64,000 bases of DNA, taken from positions 3,479 to 67,478 of the forward strand of contig JBEKQV010000002.1 in NCBI GenBank assembly GCA_049519355.1, written 5' to 3'. The stretch is from Candidatus Microgenomates bacterium. GTDB lineage: Bacteria > Patescibacteriota > Microgenomatia > UBA8517. Within the stretch, counting starts at the first letter, position 1, and every line of letters begins with the position of its first letter. Positions 59,184-64,000 of the stretch are shown here, piece by piece. The position numbers and the translations under genes were made by a program. The notes under the pieces were generated by a model. The model was not told the origin of the DNA. It was given only the letters and a program-made list of their open reading frames with translations, and ran no database searches.

Positions 59184-60578
59184 ATGAAGAAAATTCTTTC
59201 GCTGATTTTATCAAGTTATATTATTTTTAGCATGCAATCCTGTGTTCTTGCTGAGAATTCCCCATCGGCAGTTTCGAACAACACTTTTGGCATTCACATC
59301 ACTGACGAAAAAGACTTGCCTGCCGCAGCGTCACTGGTAAACTCATCCGGAGGCGATTGGGGGTACGTTACATTTGTTATAACTGAGGGGGAAAGAGACC
59401 ACGACCGTTGGCAGCAGGTCTTTGACCAAATGAGAAGACTTCACCTGATTCCGATTGTGAGAATTGCAACAACCGCAAACGGTGATACATGGAATATTCC
59501 GGCGGAAGCAGAAATAAATAACTGGATAGCTTTCCTAAACTCTCTCAACTGGGTTACACAAAACCGCTACATCGTAATATCAAATGAACCTAATCATGCA
59601 ACCGAATGGGGCGGAAAGATTGACCCTGCAGGATACGCAGACTACTTGAATGAATTTGCCACCAAACTTCATGCAGCGTCGCCGGATTTTTTCGTTTTAC
59701 CGGCTGGGCTTGATGCATCGGCCAAAAACACTTCAACAACAATGGACGAAGCACTTTTCTTAAAGAGAATGCTCGCGGCGCAACCCAACCTTTTTGATAA
59801 CCTTGACGGTTGGACCTCACATTCATATCCAAATCCCGATTTTTCAGGCAAAGAAACGGATACGGGTCGGGGTACTATTGACACATTCGATTGGGAATTG
59901 GCCTTTCTCAAGTCTCTTGGGGTAACTAAAGATTTGCCTGTATTTATTACCGAAACCGGGTGGTCCAACCAACAGATTGATCCCGATAAAATCGGATCTA
60001 TGCTCACTTACGCCTTTCAAAATGTCTGGAATGACCCGAGGGTTATCGCCGTAACTCCGTTTATTTTAAACTACCCACAAGCTCCATTTTCACAATTTTC
60101 CTGGGAGAAAACCGACGGAACGTTTTATTCTTATTACACAACAGTTCAAAAAATACTTAAAGTTGCCGGAACACCCGTACAAAAAGTAAGCGGACAAATT
60201 ATTGGTGCTCTTGCACAACCCGTAATTCTTCCGGGAAGTGATTTCGTCGGTGCAATTCTTGCCAAAAATACGGGGGAATCCATTTGGGATCAGAAGGATA
60301 TACTAATTTCTAGTGATACAAATGATGTTCCTATCGCCGGCTATTCTTTCTCCGATATTGAACCCATGAAGCTTGGATTGATTGTTTTTAAAGCAGCAGC
60401 ACCTTCAAACACGGGAATTTATAGCAAATCCTTATTCCTAAGCAACACAAAGGGTACAAGAATAAGTAATAGTTTTCCGATTGAAAGTGTTATTACTGCA
60501 ATTAATAAAATGCAAATTGATTCGTTTTTTGCTAAAATAGGCTCGTATTTGCAAAGCTCGCTGAATTTGAAGTTTTGA
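59184..60578 (+). CDS. secreted hypothetical protein, possible glycoside-hydrolase-like (TIM-barrel) fold
   Basis: Signal peptide MKKILSLILSSYIIFSMQSCVLA. Periodic hydrophobic/acidic pattern with an NEPN-like segment (ISNEPNH) reminiscent of GH5-type catalytic acid motifs. Weak call. Confidence 0.4.
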   Translation: MKKILSLILSSYIIFSMQSCVLAENSPSAVSNNTFGIHITDEKDLPAAASLVNSSGGDWGYVTFVITEGERDHDRWQQVFDQMRRLHLIPIVRIATTANGDTWNIPAEAEINNWIAFLNSLNWVTQNRYIVISNEPNHATEWGGKIDPAGYADYLNEFATKLHAASPDFFVLPAGLDASAKNTSTTMDEALFLKRMLAAQPNLFDNLDGWTSHSYPNPDFSGKETDTGRGTIDTFDWELAFLKSLGVTKDLPVFITETGWSNQQIDPDKIGSMLTYAFQNVWNDPRVIAVTPFILNYPQAPFSQFSWEKTDGTFYSYYTTVQKILKVAGTPVQKVSGQIIGALAQPVILPGSDFVGAILAKNTGESIWDQKDILISSDTNDVPIAGYSFSDIEPMKLGLIVFKAAAPSNTGIYSKSLFLSNTKGTRISNSFPIESVITAINKMQIDSFFAKIGSYLQSSLNLKF

Positions 60579-60582
60579 TCGC

Positions 60583-60654
60583 GGGCCCATAGCTCAATGG
60601 TAGAGCAGTTCCCTCTTAAGGAAAAGGTTGATGGTCCGAATCCATCTGGGCTCA
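60583..60654 (+). tRNA. tRNA-Lys (anticodon CUU)
   Basis: Acceptor GGGCCCA/UGGGCUC, D-arm GCUC-AAUGGUA-GAGC, anticodon loop CUCUUAA, T-arm GAUGG-UCCGAAU-CCAUC, and A73. Confidence 0.8.
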
Positions 60655-61470
60655 CTCACTCCACCTTGCCCAAATGCCTGTCGAAAGAAGCCGGCCGCCG
60701 GATTTTTCTTTTAAAGTAAGCTCGCCATTATCAATTTTTCCTCCAGATTTACCAAAATAGCCCTGCAAGGTGTTTGCCAAAGTGGTTGGTGACAAGGAAA
60801 TTGCATAAGCATTTACGATTACAAATATGGGCTTATCGCTTATTATCTTTTTACAATTTTCAAGAAGTCTTGGAAAATCTTTATTGAAATCCCAAATTTC
60901 TCCCGTTGGTCCATGGCCGTACACGGGAGGATCCATAATGATTGCATCATATTTGACTCCTCTTTTAACCTCCCGCTCTGTAAATTTGATTGCATCGTCA
61001 ATAATCCACCGTATAGGTGAGTCTTGCATTCCGTTAAGTTCCCGATTTTCATTAGCCCAGGTAATTGCCGGTCTACTGGCATCAAGGTGCGTTACCTTTG
61101 CGCCGGCCTTTGCCGCAAAAAGTGAAGCGATTCCAGTATAAGCAAAAAGGTTTAAAACATTTGCGTTCTTGTTTTTTAACACTTCAAAAATAAAGTCCCA
61201 CTGCCAATCTTGTTCCGGAAAAACTCCCGTGTGCTTAAAAGGAGCAAGTTTTGCCCAGAATTTAATATCTTTATATGAAAGCTGCCACCTTTCGGGAACA
61301 TGATTTTTGTTAATCCAGCTCTCTCTAAAAACTGCGTCGGCTTTCTTCCACTCCGCCTCCCCCAGATTCTTCTGCCATAAAACCTCAGGGTCCGGTCTAT
61401 CCAGAACATATTTACCGAAATGCTCAAGACGCCGTCCCGATCCGCTGTCTATCAATTCGTAGTCTTCCAT
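60652..61470 (-). CDS. class I SAM-dependent methyltransferase (COG1092/RlmI-like, DPP(V)Y motif)
   Basis: LNLFAYTGIASLFAA (motif I-like GxGxG variant) and IIMDPPVYG (motif IV) of amino-/rRNA methyltransferases. Confidence 0.65.
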   Translation of the reverse strand: MEDYELIDSGSGRRLEHFGKYVLDRPDPEVLWQKNLGEAEWKKADAVFRESWINKNHVPERWQLSYKDIKFWAKLAPFKHTGVFPEQDWQWDFIFEVLKNKNANVLNLFAYTGIASLFAAKAGAKVTHLDASRPAITWANENRELNGMQDSPIRWIIDDAIKFTEREVKRGVKYDAIIMDPPVYGHGPTGEIWDFNKDFPRLLENCKKIISDKPIFVIVNAYAISLSPTTLANTLQGYFGKSGGKIDNGELTLKEKSGGRLLSTGIWARWSE

Positions 61471-61473
61471 TGT

Positions 61474-62556
61474 TTAGAAAAATCTGATTTGCATTCCCTC
61501 AGCAACTTTTGTTTCGAAGGAAACCTCTTGACCCGGAAATTTTGCCCCCGAACCCCAAATCTTTACAAGTTTTTTACTGGCGGCAAAATCGGGGCCAATT
61601 TTGAGGGCAACTTCTCGTATTGTATCTACATCTTTCATTATAACAGGACTTCCTTTACCGATTTCCTCATCCGGTTTTAGCAAATAAACCGTAACAAATT
61701 TAAGGGCTTCCCAAATTTCTTCAATCAGTTCGTCCATTCCGAAGCCTATTTCGGCACTGATGTTTAAAATATGATATGTGCCCATTTTGTAGTGTTTGGC
61801 ACCAGCCGGGACGTCCACTTTGTTGATAACGAAAATGGCAGGGGTATAAACTCTGTTTTCCGAAAAGGCATCAAAGAGACGTTCATATGTAAACTTTTCT
61901 TTTAATGTAATTAATCCATTTTTAATACCGTATTCACGGGCTATTTCTTTAATAGTTTCTTTATCTATATCCTGTTTAATATTTGAATAAATTTCCAGTC
62001 CTCCTTGAGTCAATTTTTCGATAAGAATATTAGGTCTTTCCTGATTAATTCTTATTCCTGTACCTTTAAGTTCAGCCGTCATTTTTCCTATTAAATCAAT
62101 TCGTTCAACATCAGTCATCACTACAAGAAGATCGGCACCGCGGGCAACGGAAAGAACTTCGCGTCCCTTGCCTTTACCCTCCTTTGCGCCTTCAATAAGT
62201 CCTGGGATATCAAGAATTTGAATATAAGCTTCATTATATTTAAGCATTCCCGGAACAACCGTAACCGTAGTAAATTCATATGGTGCAACCTTGCTTTCGG
62301 CGTTGGTTAAACGATTGATTAGCGTGGATTTTCCTGCGGAAGGTGGACCCACAAGAACGACAGTTGCGTCTCCTTGTTTTTTGACAGCATATCCAGTTCC
62401 TCCTCCTCCGCCTTTTGACGAAGATTCAATTTCTTTATCCTTTAAGCGGGCGATTTTTGCCCTCATTGCACCTATAAAACCGTTAGTGGCTTTATGGTGA
62501 GGAGTTTTGCGTAAAATTTCCTGTATTGCCTCGATTTGTTGGTCAATCGTGTCCAT
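61474..62556 (-). CDS. DRG-family (developmentally regulated GTP-binding protein / Rbg1-like) Obg-class GTPase with C-terminal TGS domain
   Basis: Collinear with eukaryotic/archaeal DRG. Motifs include [23 protein letters not shown] (N-terminal helix), [11 protein letters not shown] (G1), [13 protein letters not shown] (G2), [30 protein letters not shown] (G3 plus the DRG insert), INKVD (G4), and a C-terminal TGS-like region. The called ORF was trimmed to the Met at 62556 because upstream codons overlap tRNA-Arg. TATAAT lies 12 nt upstream. Confidence 0.8.
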   Translation of the reverse strand: [360 protein letters not shown]

Positions 62557-62582
62557 CTGAGGTACAATTATAGCGTAAAAGA

Positions 62583-62654
62583 GCGCCTGTAGCTCAACGG
62601 ATAGAGTACCTGTCTTCGGAACAGGCAATAGAGGTTCGATTCCTCTCAGGCGCA
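62583..62654 (+). tRNA. tRNA-Arg (anticodon UCG)
   Basis: Acceptor GCGCCUG/CAGGCGC, D-arm GCUC-AACGGAUA-GAGU, anticodon loop CUUCGGA, T-arm AGAGG-UUCGAUU-CCUCU, and A73. Confidence 0.85.
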
Positions 62655-62662
62655 CAAAGAAG

Positions 62663-63055
62663 CTACTTCATCAGTTTTTTCATCCCGAACACTTTCCAGA
62701 CCAAATATTGGATTAAATCCGCAAATATAGCCACGGGGATAAGCCAAATAAATCTTGTTGTTCCGAATCCGACAACAGGACCAAGCCTTGCTGTTATCCA
62801 GAGCGCTACGAAGTTCAAAACGAGATAGAAACAAAACATTCCAAAAGCCCCTTTTAGCTTCGTAAAAAGAAAAATTAACGGTTTGAGGAGCCAAACAATG
62901 AGTGTCCAAGTAAAACCGGCAACAAATGCTCCGGCCCATACTGTGACAGTCATGGACCCTAAAACGAAATATCTTGGCATGACAAGAACCGCCAGATAAA
63001 CAATTATCGAATCCACCAACCAAAGAAGAATAAATGGAAGCAGGTATTTTTTCAT
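62663..63055 (-). CDS. 4-TM membrane protein (possibly distant DUF360/holin-IV-like)
   Basis: 130 aa with four hydrophobic helices and an LKPL..L motif reminiscent of 549..887. Weak call. Confidence 0.4.
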   Translation of the reverse strand: MKKYLLPFILLWLVDSIIVYLAVLVMPRYFVLGSMTVTVWAGAFVAGFTWTLIVWLLKPLIFLFTKLKGAFGMFCFYLVLNFVALWITARLGPVVGFGTTRFIWLIPVAIFADLIQYLVWKVFGMKKLMK

Positions 63056-63165
63056 CTAAATCACCCCCTTAGAATAATTTCAGTATTTACTTATTTGAAA
63101 CCGTTGTCAATGTAACCGATCGGGAATGTTAATCAAGTTGATTTTTGGTAGAATATGAGTTGCAA

Positions 63166-63254
63166 GCCGAGGTGGTGGAATGGTAGACACACGGGCCTTA
63201 AGAGCCCGCGAAGCTAATTACTTCATGCGGGTCCGAGTCCCGCCCTCGGCACCA
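63166..63254 (+). tRNA. tRNA-Leu (anticodon UAA), CCA encoded
   Basis: Acceptor GCCGAGG/CCUCGGC, anticodon loop CUUAAGA, long variable arm, T-arm GCGGG-UCCGAGU-CCCGC, and A73-CCA. Confidence 0.85.
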
Positions 63255-63327
63255 CGGAGTGTAGCGCAGTTGGTAGCGCGCCACGTTTGGGACGTGGAGG
63301 TCCCCGGTTCGAGCCCGGGCACTCCGA
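63255..63327 (+). tRNA. tRNA-Pro (anticodon UGG)
   Basis: C1:G72 acceptor (CGGAGUG/CACUCCG), typical of tRNA-Pro. D-arm GCGC-AGUUGGUA-GCGC, anticodon loop UUUGGGA, T-arm CCCGG-UUCGAGC-CCGGG, and A73. Confidence 0.85.
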
Positions 63328-63349
63328 CTTTTGATATAATTATCCTAAC

Positions 63350-63420
63350 GCGGGATTAGTTAATCGGCTTAACAACAGCTTTCCAAGCTGTGAAGAGGGG
63401 TTCGACTCCCCTATCCCGCT
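63350..63420 (+). tRNA. tRNA-Gly (anticodon UCC)
   Basis: Acceptor GCGGGAU/AUCCCGC, U73, anticodon loop UUUCCAA, T-arm AGGGG-UUCGACU-CCCCU. Confidence 0.85.
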
Positions 63421-63446
63421 CAAATTGGAATTTTGGAGTAATTTAT

Positions 63447-63806
63447 TTAGGAGATATACTTTTTAATCTCTTCTCCGACGGTATCAAGACTGATATTGGC
63501 TTTAATAAAACATGCAGCAGCACCTGCAGCTTTGGCTGATTCTTCCTGTTTCTCTAAATTGGTGAGGACAATCACCGGAATTTTGGCAGATTCCGAATTA
63601 AGTTTAAGTTCCCTAAGAACATCGAAACCGTTGAGTTCGCCCCCAAGCATGATATCCAAAATAATTAAGTTCGGATGCATCCTAATTGCAGAGCTGACAC
63701 CGTCTATTCCGTTTAGGGCAGTCAATATTTCGTATTCTTTAGAAAATTTGTCAGCGTAAGCTTTGTTTGTTAACAAATCATCTTCTATAAACAGAACTTT
63801 TTTCAT
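63447..63806 (-). CDS. single-domain response regulator (CheY-like receiver)
   Basis: Acidic pocket EDD, phospho-acceptor Asp in LIILDIML, Thr in VLT, and Lys in FIKANI. Confidence 0.8.
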   Translation of the reverse strand: MKKVLFIEDDLLTNKAYADKFSKEYEILTALNGIDGVSSAIRMHPNLIILDIMLGGELNGFDVLRELKLNSESAKIPVIVLTNLEKQEESAKAAGAAACFIKANISLDTVGEEIKKYIS

Positions 63807-63821
63807 AATTAAAGTATAACA

Positions 63822-64000
63822 TCATGGAGCTTTAGAGCTACCGATAATTACTTGGACATCATCATTCGAAGAATCGCTAAGTGTCTGCGGCGTGTCGGTT
63901 ACATAAGTTTTATTTAAAGATGAGGAAAGTGCCGAAACAAAAGCGGGGTCAACATTAGATTTGGCCTTAATAATGGTTTTTGTGTAATCATAGGTAGCGG
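63822..64000 (-). CDS. partial CDS (C-terminal end only; gene continues beyond window end)
   Basis: Open frame from the window edge to the stop at 63822-63824. Ser/Thr-rich tail. Function unknown. Confidence 0.25.
   Translation of the reverse strand, partial: ATYDYTKTIIKAKSNVDPAFVSALSSSLNKTYVTDTPQTLSDSSNDDVQVIIGSSKAP

Noticed and set aside
62557-62655. N-terminal 33 codons of the called 393-aa ORF (MRLRGIEPLL...)
   Set aside because: They are the reverse-complement translation of tRNA-Arg(UCG). The real start is the Met at 62556, which aligns with the DRG N-terminus.

Overview
This is a gene-dense, AT-rich bacterial window (about 40% GC by eye) in which nearly all the sequence is coding or tRNA. 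Both strands carry housekeeping genes. These include a membrane H+-pyrophosphatase, PgeF/YfiH, gyrB with a minimal holB, a recG - rpmF - nusB - ACP-like - rnc - rpsP - KH block, tyrS, a class A PBP, the thrS-infC-rpmI-rplT-pheS-pheT cluster, typA, uppP, a truncated trigger factor, an RRM protein, and a Y-family polymerase. A complete type IV pilus locus with an unusually large complement of pilin genes spans 8.4-22.0 kb. I count 13 tRNA genes, several in arrays. Pervasive protein minimalism, a eukaryote/archaea-type DRG GTPase, loss of fatty-acid synthesis genes around an ACP-like remnant, and the many pilins are consistent with a reduced-genome Patescibacteria/CPR-like organism; this is an inference, not a demonstration. 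The most interesting points are: a near-consensus promoter plus a roughly 490-nt GC-rich structured leader upstream of thrS; a second GC-rich island carrying paired palindromic TTGGTGCACC sites at 41.5 kb; a DRG-family GTPase in a bacterial context; an ACP-like protein with a degenerate phosphopantetheine site kept in its conserved neighbourhood; a Cys/His/Gly-rich membrane peptide; a small ORF coupled to the Y-family polymerase; and several sub-60-aa genes missed by the ORF track, including rpmF.
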